A stretch of DNA of 64,000 nucleotides, taken from an uncultured bacterium (lineage in GTDB: Bacteria > Omnitrophota > Omnitrophia > Omnitrophales > Aquincolibacteriaceae). Below are positions 38,369 to 48,082 of the stretch, one piece after another. Numbering within the stretch: the first letter of the stretch is position 1; each line of letters begins with the position of its first letter. Both the position numbers and the translations under genes were made by a program. Location of the stretch: NCBI GenBank assembly GCA_964482725.1, contig CAYZYT010000008.1, forward strand, positions 3,255 to 67,254, written 5' to 3'. The notes beneath the pieces are model-generated. The model had not been told where the DNA came from. It worked only from the letters and a program-made list of their open reading frames with translations, and made no database searches.

Positions 38369-39660
38369 AACGTAGAGTGGTCGTCACAGGGATGGGCGCC
38401 GTGACGCCTCTTGGAAATTCCGTGCGTGATACCTGGCTTCGTTTGACGCAGGGGAAGTCGGGGATCGGGCCCATCACGCTCTTTGATGCGAGCCGTTTTC
38501 CGACGCGCATTGCGGCTGAGGTGAAAGGGTTCCAATTCGAGAAATGGCTTGAGCGCAATCCACCGCTTAGTTGCGCGGGCCGGAGCACTTTTTTTGCGCT
38601 TCAGGCCGCAGCGGAAGCCTACAAGGGCGCGAGGCTCGAGCCTCTTGCCGTGAATCCGAATCGCTTTGGTATTTATTTTGGAGCGGGTGACAGCGGGATC
38701 GATTTTGCTCCCTTTATCAAGACCATGGTCGCGTCTTTTACGAAGGAAGGCACGGAGATTGTGGATAAAGGAAAATACCTCCAACATGCCGCCGAGAATA
38801 TGAGCGCTTTGCGAGAGCTTGAAAACCAGCCCTTCATGACCGTGACACATCTGACGCGTCTTTTTGATATACGCGGGCCGGTTTCGAATTGTTTGACGGC
38901 GTGCGCGGCGTCGTCCCAGGCGATCGGGGAGGCTTTTGAATGGATACGGCGCGGGGATGCCGATGTGATGATGGCCGGTGGTTCCCACTCCATGATCTAT
39001 CCGATGGGGGTCGCCGGGTTCAGCTTATTGACGGCTCTTTCCACTCGAAACGATGATCCTGAAAAAGCCTCGAGGCCGTTCGATAAAAAACGGGACGGAT
39101 TTGTGATCGGCGAAGGCGCCGGGGTGCTCATCCTTGAAGATCTGGAACACGCGAGGAAGCGCAAGGCGCCGATCCATGGCGAAGTCGTGGGATATGGCTC
39201 GACCGCGGACGCGTATCGCCTCACGGATATGGACCCGGAAGGCCGTGGCGCGGCGCGCGCTATGGAGATTGCGATGGAAAAAGCTTGCGTTGGGCCTCAA
39301 AATATTGATTATATCAATGCGCACGGCACTTCCACCGCAGTGAATGACTCGCTGGAAACCCTCGTCATCAAAAAAGTGATGGGCGATTGTGCTCCGAAGA
39401 TCCCGGTCAGCTCGACCAAATCCATGCTCGGGCATATGATCGCGGCGGCCGGCGGGGTTGAAGCAATTATTTGTTTGATGGCCATGCGCGATTCGATGAT
39501 CCCGCCGACGATCAATTATGAAGAACCGGATCCTGAGTGCGATCTGGATTATGTGCCGAACACGGCGCGGCGCTCGGGCGTGAATTTGGCGCTTTCGAAC
39601 TCGTTCGGGTTCGGGGGGCAGAACATTTGTTTAGCTTTAAGGAGATATGATGGCGCATAA
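38362..39660 (+). CDS. Beta-ketoacyl-ACP synthase II-type ketosynthase (active)
   Basis: TACAAS, NAHGTST, KSMLGH, SNSFGFGGQN. Confidence 0.93.
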   Translation: MLKRRVVVTGMGAVTPLGNSVRDTWLRLTQGKSGIGPITLFDASRFPTRIAAEVKGFQFEKWLERNPPLSCAGRSTFFALQAAAEAYKGARLEPLAVNPNRFGIYFGAGDSGIDFAPFIKTMVASFTKEGTEIVDKGKYLQHAAENMSALRELENQPFMTVTHLTRLFDIRGPVSNCLTACAASSQAIGEAFEWIRRGDADVMMAGGSHSMIYPMGVAGFSLLTALSTRNDDPEKASRPFDKKRDGFVIGEGAGVLILEDLEHARKRKAPIHGEVVGYGSTADAYRLTDMDPEGRGAARAMEIAMEKACVGPQNIDYINAHGTSTAVNDSLETLVIKKVMGDCAPKIPVSSTKSMLGHMIAAAGGVEAIICLMAMRDSMIPPTINYEEPDPECDLDYVPNTARRSGVNLALSNSFGFGGQNICLALRRYDGA

Positions 39661-40744
39661 CTTGATTTTTATGACCGGTGCGACCGGTGTGTTGGGGCAG
39701 GACCTTGTGAAGGAATTGCTCCGGACCACGAACGCAGAAATTGCGCTCCTGGCCCGTGCGAAAAACCGCGCCACCCATTCGGACCGGGTCAAAAAGATCC
39801 TTACTTCGATTGGTATCGATTCTCATCTGGGTTCCCGCGTCCATGTGATCGAAGGGGATGTGACGCATCATAAATTCGGCATCAAAAAAGCCGACCTCGA
39901 AACTCTGGAGCGTGAGTGCAAGGTGTTCTATCACATCGCAGCGCTTACGGCTTTGAACGGGACGGAGAAGGAATGCCAGCAGATCAATGTGGGAGGCACC
40001 GAGCACGCTTTGGAGCTGGCCTGGGACCTTCGTAAAAAAGGAAAACTCGAGCGGTTCATCTATTTCAGCACGGCGTTCGTCGCCGGAAGCGTGTGGGACC
40101 ATTGTTCTAAGGAAGATGAGCTTCCGGCCAAGCCTGTGTTTGCGAACTATTACGAGTCGAGCAAATACAAGGCCGAGACCAAAGTTCGCGAGGCGATGGC
40201 CAAGGGACTTCCGGTCACGATCATTCGTCCGAGCATCGTGGTGGGGCATTCGGAGACCGGCGTGGTCTCGGATTTCAATGTGATCTACCCTTTCATCAAG
40301 CTCTTCGCTCACGGAGTGCTTTCCAAGATCCCCACGCATCGTGAGAACACGTTCAATATTGTGCCCATTGATTTTGTGATCCAGGCGACCTGCGCGATCG
40401 TCAAGGACCCGCGGAGCATCAATAAGGCTTTTCATGTGGTAGCGCCCAAACCGCCTTCGATCGGCATGCTCCTTAGGGTGGGGGAAGAGGAATATTCGGC
40501 CATCCCTCCGATCGAGGTGATCGATCCCCTGCACTTCAAAAAAAACAAGATGGGCGCGCAGGAGCAAATGGTCTTCGCGATGCTGGAGCCTTATCTGGGA
40601 TATTTGAACGGGCGCCTCACCTTCGATACTTCCAATACGCGTGAGATCCTACGCGGCACCGGGATCCCGATGCCAAAAACCGATCATGCTTTTCTCAAGA
40701 CCCTGATCCGTTATGCCGTTAAGGTCGGGTACCTAGCCATTTAA
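39647..40744 (+). CDS. Extended SDR, fatty acyl-ACP/thioester reductase-like
   Basis: TGATGVLG, EGDV, HIAA, STAFVAG, NYYESSKYKAE, IIRPSIVVG. Confidence 0.85.
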   Translation: MMAHNLIFMTGATGVLGQDLVKELLRTTNAEIALLARAKNRATHSDRVKKILTSIGIDSHLGSRVHVIEGDVTHHKFGIKKADLETLERECKVFYHIAALTALNGTEKECQQINVGGTEHALELAWDLRKKGKLERFIYFSTAFVAGSVWDHCSKEDELPAKPVFANYYESSKYKAETKVREAMAKGLPVTIIRPSIVVGHSETGVVSDFNVIYPFIKLFAHGVLSKIPTHRENTFNIVPIDFVIQATCAIVKDPRSINKAFHVVAPKPPSIGMLLRVGEEEYSAIPPIEVIDPLHFKKNKMGAQEQMVFAMLEPYLGYLNGRLTFDTSNTREILRGTGIPMPKTDHAFLKTLIRYAVKVGYLAI

Positions 40745-40785
40745 AATTGTTGTTATCGTCATTCAACTATCCAAGGGGTCCCACA

Positions 40786-41115
40786 ATGAAAAGAGCTATA
40801 GCTTCGATCTTGATTTTGGCAGTGCTGAGTTTCTGGATCCCTTGCGCGTGCGCGGAGATCTCTCAGGATCTGGATCCGATGGTGCCTGTGGATGCGCAAG
40901 CGACTGTGGTGGAAGAAGCCTCGATGAATGGTGCCTCGACCGGCCAGGTCAGTAACGTGGTGAGCACCGCGGATGCAACGGTTGGCGAGAAGAAAAAAGT
41001 AGAAGAGACGAAGCATGCGAAGTCGAAAAAGTCCTCAAAAAAGAAATCTTCCGAAAAGAAAAACAAGAAGTCTGGTCCCCAGAAGTCCAAGGCGAGCAAG
41101 AAAAGCTCTAGTTAA
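40786..41115 (+). CDS. Secreted protein with a Lys/Ser-rich C-terminal tail
   Basis: Signal peptide MKRAIASILILAVLSFW..ACA, acidic middle, tail KSKKSSKKKSSEKKNKKS. Confidence 0.65.
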   Translation: MKRAIASILILAVLSFWIPCACAEISQDLDPMVPVDAQATVVEEASMNGASTGQVSNVVSTADATVGEKKKVEETKHAKSKKSSKKKSSEKKNKKSGPQKSKASKKSSS

Positions 41116-41142
41116 AGATCTCTGACAGAATGAAGCTTACCC

Positions 41143-41210
41143 TCCCCACAAAAGCAGGGATCCGGGGAGTGGATTCCCGACCGGTCCGAAGCGCGGTATT
41201 GGGAATGGCG
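41143..41210. repeat. Degenerate REP-like element
   Basis: gggatcc..tggattccc..gggaatggc, the same skeleton as 42984-43025. Confidence 0.45.
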
Positions 41211-41319
41211 TTTTGTTGGAAATTCTAGGAACCGTTTGCTTTCATAAAGCGTTGCTTTGGGTTCGTCCCCGGGGTAACGCTTTATTTATTAAAACGATCG
41301 GTGACTGTCTCTATTGCTT

Positions 41320-42486
41320 TTATCGCCAGTGGGTCTGGCGCCTGAAGCAGGCCATTTGAAAGGCGTCGAAAAGAATGGCTGTGAAGATGAGCGCCGCGAG
41401 CGGGTGCAGGAGCGCGTAACGTTTCCTGGATTTGACGATCCCATAGGCCGTGAACGCAGTAGCGAAAATGATCCCAAGGATCAAGAAACAAAGAAACAGC
41501 GAAAGATTTGATTGGCCCGGGAGCATGATCAAGACCGCGAACGGGAAGACGGAAAAGAAGAAAACGCTCAGAGCGCATTTCAGGATCGGCGCCGGTCTTT
41601 GATCGAAAGCGTGAAGGTAGATCCGACGCCAACCCCGCCAAAGGGCGTCAAAAGAATCGTACATCCGCGTGCCGTAGACGTCCATGCCAAATGCGGACAT
41701 GCTTCGCGCGCCGATTTCCTTCGTTTTTTTCATCAACGCAAAGTCCTCGAGGAATGCTTCCTTTACGGCATCGTGCCCGCCGATCTTCCGGTAATGGTCC
41801 GCGCGCAGCAACAGGTATTGTCCGTTCCCGAAATAGACCTTCGACTTTGGATCATTGATCTTTCGGATGGGGAACCACAGCCCCATATAGCTCATGGCGC
41901 AGGGCTGAATAAGAAGTTCCCAAAAACCGTGGGCGAGACAGCGGGGCAGGAGCGTTAAAAGATCAAGTTTGTTCGCCTCCGCGAAGGTCAAGGAGGCATC
42001 CACGCTGCCGGGTTCGTGGCGAGTATCCGCATCCGTGAAGAGAAGCCAGTCGCCCGAGGCGTGCTCGATCCCGAGATGGAGCGCGAAATTCTTACCGGTC
42101 CATCCTTTCGGGGTAGGGGGTGTGTTGAGGTATCCGAAAAAAGGAGTAGGCAGGTTTTCCCTCAAAGCCAACCTTTCCTCTTTAATTTCCATGGCGCCTA
42201 GTTCCTTTAAAATCGCCTCAGTGCGGTCCGTGGAACAATTATTGATGACGATGATCTCGTCACCGTTTCGGAGCTGGGTGAGGAACGGCCTGACGCAATC
42301 CGCGATGTTTTTCTCTTCATTCTTGGCGGGAATGAGGATCGAGACTTTGCCTTGGCGGGAGACAGGTGCTGTGAGCTTCAACGTGGGGGCTTGTTTGATT
42401 TCGGATAACGAACGCCAACTGCGATAAATCCAGCCGGCCAGCAGAAATACGAGAATTAAGAAAACAATAGGGGCAGGGATCTCCAT
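41320..42486 (-). CDS. Family 2 glycosyltransferase (CrtQ/HpnB-like, lipid acceptor)
   Basis: SILIPAKNEE, GWTGKNFAL, LFTDAD, GNGQYLL, LEDFAL, C-terminal TM helices. Confidence 0.9.
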   Translation of the reverse strand: MEIPAPIVFLILVFLLAGWIYRSWRSLSEIKQAPTLKLTAPVSRQGKVSILIPAKNEEKNIADCVRPFLTQLRNGDEIIVINNCSTDRTEAILKELGAMEIKEERLALRENLPTPFFGYLNTPPTPKGWTGKNFALHLGIEHASGDWLLFTDADTRHEPGSVDASLTFAEANKLDLLTLLPRCLAHGFWELLIQPCAMSYMGLWFPIRKINDPKSKVYFGNGQYLLLRADHYRKIGGHDAVKEAFLEDFALMKKTKEIGARSMSAFGMDVYGTRMYDSFDALWRGWRRIYLHAFDQRPAPILKCALSVFFFSVFPFAVLIMLPGQSNLSLFLCFLILGIIFATAFTAYGIVKSRKRYALLHPLAALIFTAILFDAFQMACFRRQTHWR

Positions 42487-42630
42487 AGGCGTGGAATCAT
42501 AACAAATGCCCCGTCCCAGTCAACTTTTAAAAGGGGAGCGTGACGGCGCCGGGGAGGTGGAGACTCTGCTTGTCTGTAGCCTTGAGAGGAGTAGACTATA
42601 GACGAGAAGCGTGACGAAAGGGGGTGTCCC

Positions 42631-43008
42631 TTGCAAGAAGAAACGCAGCTAGTATCCCAGGTAAGAATGCTCCTGGTGGATGATGACCCCGACTTCGCGA
42701 GGATCTTCCAGACCTCCTTACGGGCCGATAAGAGGGTTTCATCTGAGGGCGAAAACGCCAGCACGCTTGAGTCCGCTTTAAAGATTCTCCAAGAAAAAAC
42801 CTTCCAGTTGATCCTTAAGCTGTCATTTTTAGATCCCCTGTCCCAGCTGCTTAATCGCCGCAGACTCCAGCGCATGGTCTCCCGGGAGCTTGAGATCTCC
42901 GGCCGCGGGGGTGCGAATCTTTCCGTGATCCTTCTGGACCTGGATAATTTCAAACCGATCAATGATACCTTCGGCCACGCGGTCGGGGATCCATGGATTC
43001 CCGCTTGA
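42631..43008 (+). pseudogene. Remnant of a REC-GGDEF diguanylate cyclase
   Basis: The N-half of a receiver domain (LLVDDD..FQLIL) is joined directly to a GGDEF start (DPLSQLLNRR..LDLDNFKPINDTFGHAVGD), then stops inside a REP element; no GGDEF signature. Confidence 0.8.
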
Positions 43009-43025
43009 AGCACGCGGGAATGACA
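42984..43025. repeat. REP-like element GGGGATCC-ATGGATTCCCGC-N7-GCGGGAATGACA
   Basis: ATTCCCGC/GCGGGAAT palindrome located at the pseudogene breakpoint. Confidence 0.7.
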
Positions 43026-43048
43026 TGGGGGAGTTAAGAGGAGCAGTC

Positions 43049-46000
43049 ATGAGTTCCATTAAGCCAGAAAAGACGAACCCCGGAAATGGTGTCTCGTTCG
43101 TTTGGGGTTCGAAACCCAGAGGGATATTGTCGTTCTTCCTGATCGCTCTCGTGCTGATCTTTGCGGGGTTTTATTTCTACATGACCGAAGCGGAGCAAGT
43201 TTTGCGCGTAAAGGCCTCCGAGTTGAGTTCTATCGGAAAAATGAAGGTGGATCAGATCCTCCGATGGCACAAGGAACGGAGCGATGATGCGGTGAGACTG
43301 GCGGATTCTGTGATGATTGAAAAGTCCGTAGGAGAGTGGCTTCGTGATCCGGACCGGCTCCTCCATAAAGAAGACTTGATCGAGCGCTTGAGGCTTGAAC
43401 AGGATCTCGGAGTTTATTTTCAAGCGCTTTTGGTGAGCCCGGATCAAAAGATCCTTCTCTCGGCGACTTCCTCGCCCGCTGAGATGGAGACCGACAGCTG
43501 GGCGGCGGTGAAGAAGGCTTTGACGGAGCCTGAGCCTGTCTTTAGCCAATTGCATTACACGCCCTCCGGGAAGGTCCATGTCGATATCGCGAAGGCCATT
43601 CGGGATGACGCAGGTCAAGTGATGGCCGTTCTTGTGCTGACCACGAATGCGAACGAATTTCTTTTTCCCATGATCCGTGTTTGGCCGACGTCCAGCCCGA
43701 GCGGGGAGTCCATTCTGGTACGCCGTCAGGGCGACGAAGTTCTTTTTATGAACATGCTCCGGCACCGGGAAGACACGGCCCTTAGGATGCATCTTCCTAT
43801 CTCAAGGCCTCTATTCCCGGCCGCTCAGGCGGTGCAGGGGAGGACCGGGATCGTCTTTGGCGTGGATTATTCCGGGACAAAGGTTGTCGCCGATTTGCGG
43901 CCCATTCCAGACACAGACTGGTTCCTGGAGACCAAGCAAAATGAATCGGAGGTCGAAGGAGAAGTGCGTCTTCGTGCCCTCGTGGCTTTCGTCGTGGTAT
44001 TGCTGTTAGTGCTAGGCATCGCGGGCGGGATGGCCATCCGTTACCAGTCTTGGCAGATTAAGGAAAGTAAGAAAATGGAGGCGGCAACCGCTTTGAGCGC
44101 CCATCGCACGCAAGCGCTGCTTAAGCTGAACCAGATGACCGAGGCCTCACTGAAGGAAATTACAGATTTTGCCCTGGAGGAGGCCGTACGGTTGACCCAA
44201 AGTAAGATCGGCTATCTGGCGTTCCTCAACGAAGATGAAAGCGTGCTCACCATGCACTCGTGGTCGAAAAGTGCCATGGCGGAGTGCGCCATTAGCCAGA
44301 AACCGATCGTGTATCCAGTCGAGACTACCGGACTTTGGGGCGAGGCGGTTCGGCAGCGCCGAGCCGTTATTACTAACAATTATGCTGCTGCCAACCCGCT
44401 CAAAAAAGGCTGCCCCAAGGGGCATGTGGCTGTGAAACGTCACATGAATACTCCCGTGTTCGATGGCTCCAGAATCGTTATCGTTGCGGGCGTAGGCAAT
44501 AAAGAAGAAGAGTACAATCAAAGTGATGTTGAGCAGTTAACGCTGCTTATGGAAGGTATGTGGAGGCTGCTCGAACGTAAGCGCTTGGAAGAGGAATTAG
44601 TGAAGTCGAAGGAGATGCAGTTCAAAACGCTTATCGAGACACTGCCTTCTAAGGTGTTTCTCAAGGATAAGAACTCTGTCTATATTTCCTGTAATGAGAG
44701 TTTTGCCAGCGACTTGGGGATCAAGGTAAAGGAGATCATCGGGAAAACGGACTATGATCTTTTCCCCACGCCTTTAGCTGAAAAGAGGAGGGAAGAAGAT
44801 AAGCGGATCATGGAATCAGGGAAAGCCGAAAGCCGGGAAGAAGAATACCATCTGATTAATGATTATCTCAAGGGTTCTCAGACGTCTTATGTCGATATCG
44901 TCAAAGCTCCTGTTCGGGACAACGAGGGCAACGTAACGGGAATCCTCGGTATTTTTTGGGACATTACCGAACGCAAGGAAGCAGAGAATGCGCTGCGAAG
45001 AAATCGAGAGCTGCTCTTTGAAATGACATCGCAGGTTCCGGGTGTTGTCTATCAGTTCTATGCCAGGCCGAACGGGGAAAGAGGTCTTTATTTTGTGAGT
45101 CCAAAGGCGGAACAGATCTTCGGCCTAAAATCGGATCAGGAGGATTTTTTCGAAAAGTTTACCGCCTTGGTGGCCCCCGAGAACAGGGAAGACTTTTTGA
45201 ATTCCATAGAGAAATCTGTGCGGGAGGTGAGCGAATGGAAATTTGAGGGAATGATCGAGAAGCCTTCGGGAGAAAAAATCTGGTTTTCCGGAAACTCGAT
45301 TCCGTTTTTAGGTAAAAATGAAATTATTTTTAATGGAATATTGTTAGACATCACCGAGTGGAAAAAAGCGGAAGTGGAAAAAAAGCGCGTGGAGGTTCTG
45401 GCGTCTACCGCGGAGACAAAATCCAGGTTTGCTTCGATGGTCTCCCACGAGCTCCGTAGCCCGATGGCGGTGATCAAGGAAGCACTGGATATTGTTTTGG
45501 AGGGGATGGTCGGAAGTATCAATGACGAGCAAAAGAATGTTCTGGATATGGCCAAAACCAATATCACCCGGTTGGGGCGTTTGATTAATAATGTGCTGGA
45601 TTTTCAGAAAGTCGAATCGGGAAAAATGGAGTTCGATATCCAGGAAAACGACCTCAAGGAAGTGATGAGGGAAGTCCATGAGAGCATGAGCGTCCTGGCG
45701 AAAAGGGCGGGTTTGAACCTAGCGATGGAGTTGGACGAGGGGCTGCCGATCCTAAAGTTCGATAGGGACAGGATCATCCAGGTTCTTACGAATCTGGTAA
45801 GTAATGCCGTTAAAAATACCGAAAAAGGGGGCGTTACGATCGCCGCAAAAAAGGAAGCGGATGTCGTGCATTTGAGTGTGCAGGATGCGGGCAGAGGCAT
45901 TCCGGCTCAGGATATTGGAAAGCTCTTTCATGCGTTTGAGCAGGTGGACAGCCTTCGGAGCAAACCCAAAGGCGGCACGGGTTTGGGCCTGGCGATCTCC

Positions 46001-46090
46001 AAGGAGATCGTTCTCGCGCATCACGGAAAGATCTGGGCCGAGTCCGAAGTGGGCAAGGGCAGTACCTTTCATGTCACATTACCTCTATAA
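43049..46090 (+). CDS. Sensor histidine kinase: TM-Cache-TM-GAF-PAS-PAS-HisKA-HATPase
   Basis: GAF (GLWGEAVRQRRAVITNNY), PAS (GKTDYDLFP), [23 protein letters not shown]; GAGGAG SD before 43049. Confidence 0.95.
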   Translation: MSSIKPEKTNPGNGVSFVWGSKPRGILSFFLIALVLIFAGFYFYMTEAEQVLRVKASELSSIGKMKVDQILRWHKERSDDAVRLADSVMIEKSVGEWLRDPDRLLHKEDLIERLRLEQDLGVYFQALLVSPDQKILLSATSSPAEMETDSWAAVKKALTEPEPVFSQLHYTPSGKVHVDIAKAIRDDAGQVMAVLVLTTNANEFLFPMIRVWPTSSPSGESILVRRQGDEVLFMNMLRHREDTALRMHLPISRPLFPAAQAVQGRTGIVFGVDYSGTKVVADLRPIPDTDWFLETKQNESEVEGEVRLRALVAFVVVLLLVLGIAGGMAIRYQSWQIKESKKMEAATALSAHRTQALLKLNQMTEASLKEITDFALEEAVRLTQSKIGYLAFLNEDESVLTMHSWSKSAMAECAISQKPIVYPVETTGLWGEAVRQRRAVITNNYAAANPLKKGCPKGHVAVKRHMNTPVFDGSRIVIVAGVGNKEEEYNQSDVEQLTLLMEGMWRLLERKRLEEELVKSKEMQFKTLIETLPSKVFLKDKNSVYISCNESFASDLGIKVKEIIGKTDYDLFPTPLAEKRREEDKRIMESGKAESREEEYHLINDYLKGSQTSYVDIVKAPVRDNEGNVTGILGIFWDITERKEAENALRRNRELLFEMTSQVPGVVYQFYARPNGERGLYFVSPKAEQIFGLKSDQEDFFEKFTALVAPENREDFLNSIEKSVREVSEWKFEGMIEKPSGEKIWFSGNSIPFLGKNEIIFNGILLDITEWKKAEVEKKRVEVLASTAETKSRFASMVSHELRSPMAVIKEALDIVLEGMVGSINDEQKNVLDMAKTNITRLGRLINNVLDFQKVESGKMEFDIQENDLKEVMREVHESMSVLAKRAGLNLAMELDEGLPILKFDRDRIIQVLTNLVSNAVKNTEKGGVTIAAKKEADVVHLSVQDAGRGIPAQDIGKLFHAFEQVDSLRSKPKGGTGLGLAISKEIVLAHHGKIWAESEVGKGSTFHVTLPL

Positions 46091-46102
46091 GGCGGGTGAA
46101 CG

Positions 46103-46468
46103 ATGACAAAGAAGATCTTGTTTGTGGATGATGAGCCGGACCTTCTAAGGGTTTCGTCGATCCGGCTCAAGAAAACAGGCTATGAGGTTTTTGAGGCGAT
46201 CGACGGTCAAACGGCCCTGGAACAGGCGCGCTCAAAAATGCCCGATCTGATCGTGCTCGATGTCTTTCTTCCGGTGATGAATGGCGATGAGGTTGCCAAG
46301 ATATTGAAAAGGGATGAGAAGCTGAAAAGCATTCCTATCATTCTGATCTCGGCCGATGCCAAGACTCTTGAGGAAAGAGCCAAGACGAGTGGTGCTGACG
46401 ACTATCTTGCCAAGGTATTTGATTCAGGAGCCTTGGTTTCCATGGTGAAAAAGTACGCCCCCCTTTGA
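46103..46468 (+). CDS. Single-domain response regulator
   Basis: KKILFVDDE, PDLIVLD, ISA, GADDYLAK. Confidence 0.93.
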   Translation: MTKKILFVDDEPDLLRVSSIRLKKTGYEVFEAIDGQTALEQARSKMPDLIVLDVFLPVMNGDEVAKILKRDEKLKSIPIILISADAKTLEERAKTSGADDYLAKVFDSGALVSMVKKYAPL

Positions 46469-46567
46469 TCCCCTTGGACGTTGATTGACCCTGCCTGAAA
46501 ACTAACATATAATAACCGCCTGAAACGTCTTAAATCATTCTGCATCAAGGAATAAGGACTATTCTTC

Positions 46568-47965
46568 ATGAGCACATCGGATTACGGGCATAGGTTTCTT
46601 CCCAAGGATTCTCTGGAGGAGATTCGCGCGAACTTCAAAGAGGGGCGAAGGGTGCGCGTGGCAGGGCGTCTCATGACGCGCCGGGATATGGGGAAGAGCG
46701 CGTTCGCGGACCTGAAGGACGAAGGTGCTCGTATGCAGATCTACGCGAAGAAGGATATCCTGGGAGAAGAAAATTATAAGTTCTTCACGGGGCTGTCTCT
46801 TGGGGACATTATCGGGCTTGAAGGAGAACTTTTTAATTCCAAAACCGGAGAGCCTACGATCAAGGTTGAGAAATTCGAGCGGCTCTCCAAGATCGTTCGC
46901 ACGCTTCCCGAAAAATGGCATGGGTTGAAAGATGTCGAGACCCGTTATCGCCACCGCTATGTGGATCTGATCTCTAACGACGAAGTGCGCGCGACCTTCA
47001 AGGCGCGAAGCCGGATCATCCGCGAGATCCGCGCATTCCTGGACCAGAGGGATTTTATGGAAGTGGAGACGCCGATGATGCAACCTTTGGCCGGTGGCGC
47101 CCGGGCGAAACCTTTCGTGACGCACCACCACACGCTCCACACCGATCTTTTTCTTCGCGTGGCGCCGGAGCTTTACCTCAAGCGACTTCTTGTCGGCGGT
47201 TTTGAAAAAGTTTATGAGATTAATCGTAATTTCCGTAATGAGGGAATTTCTGTTCGCCATAATCCGGAATTTACGATGATGGAGCTTTATCAGTCGTATG
47301 CGGATTATGAAGATATGATGAATATTACAGAAGAACTGACGCATCACCTCGTGACGATGCTCTATGGAAAAGATGAGATCCCCTATGGCGACAAAACCTT
47401 GAACTTCAAGCGACCCTGGAAGCGTATTTCTTTTTATGGTGCGCTTGAAGCGGCGACGGGCATGGATTTCCGGAAGGTGGATGTGCGTGAAGCCGCGAAG
47501 AAGCTACACGTGGAGATCTCAGAAAAAATGGAAGATATCGATATCTTAAACGAGATCTTCGGTGAGAAGGTCGAGAAGGACTTCTGGGATCCTGTTTTTG
47601 TGATCGACTATCCCACGGTCATGACGCCTTTGGCAAAGGCCAAGACCGAAGATCCGGAACTCGTTTATCGCTTCGAACTCTTTGTGGCCAAGATGGAGAT
47701 CGCCAACGCTTTTTCGGAGCTGAACGATCCTACGATCCAGCGGGAGCGTCTTATGGAACAAAAAGAGCTTATCGGAGAGTCCAAAGAGGTCGATGAAGAT
47801 TTCTTGATGGCACTCGAGTATGGGATGCCGCCGGCAGGGGGCTTGGGGATCGGCATTGATCGCCTGGTCATGCTTCTGACGAATCAGGCGTCCATAAGGG
47901 ATGTGATCTTATTCCCTCAGCTCAAGCCGGAACGAAAGGCTGAAGAGGCTGAAAAGGCAGAATAG
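46568..47965 (+). CDS. lysS: Lysine--tRNA ligase (class II)
   Basis: LPEKWHGL, EVETPMM, RNFRNEG, HNPEFTMME, YGMPPAGGLGIGIDRL. Confidence 0.98.
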   Translation: MSTSDYGHRFLPKDSLEEIRANFKEGRRVRVAGRLMTRRDMGKSAFADLKDEGARMQIYAKKDILGEENYKFFTGLSLGDIIGLEGELFNSKTGEPTIKVEKFERLSKIVRTLPEKWHGLKDVETRYRHRYVDLISNDEVRATFKARSRIIREIRAFLDQRDFMEVETPMMQPLAGGARAKPFVTHHHTLHTDLFLRVAPELYLKRLLVGGFEKVYEINRNFRNEGISVRHNPEFTMMELYQSYADYEDMMNITEELTHHLVTMLYGKDEIPYGDKTLNFKRPWKRISFYGALEAATGMDFRKVDVREAAKKLHVEISEKMEDIDILNEIFGEKVEKDFWDPVFVIDYPTVMTPLAKAKTEDPELVYRFELFVAKMEIANAFSELNDPTIQRERLMEQKELIGESKEVDEDFLMALEYGMPPAGGLGIGIDRLVMLLTNQASIRDVILFPQLKPERKAEEAEKAE

Positions 47966-47973
47966 GCTAAAAA

Positions 47974-48060
47974 GGCAACGGTCACGAAGCCCGTATCGGT
48001 TAGGGCGACGGTGACGTGGCCGAATGACGAAACGGGCATCGTAACCGTGACCGAAAACGG
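47974..48060. repeat. Hairpin element family d, copy 1
   Basis: ggcaacggtcacgaagcccgtatcg ... cgaaacgggcatcgtaaccgtgaccg; homologous to 51087-51190. Confidence 0.7.
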
Positions 48061-48082
48061 TGGTACAAAGGGAGCATCTCTC

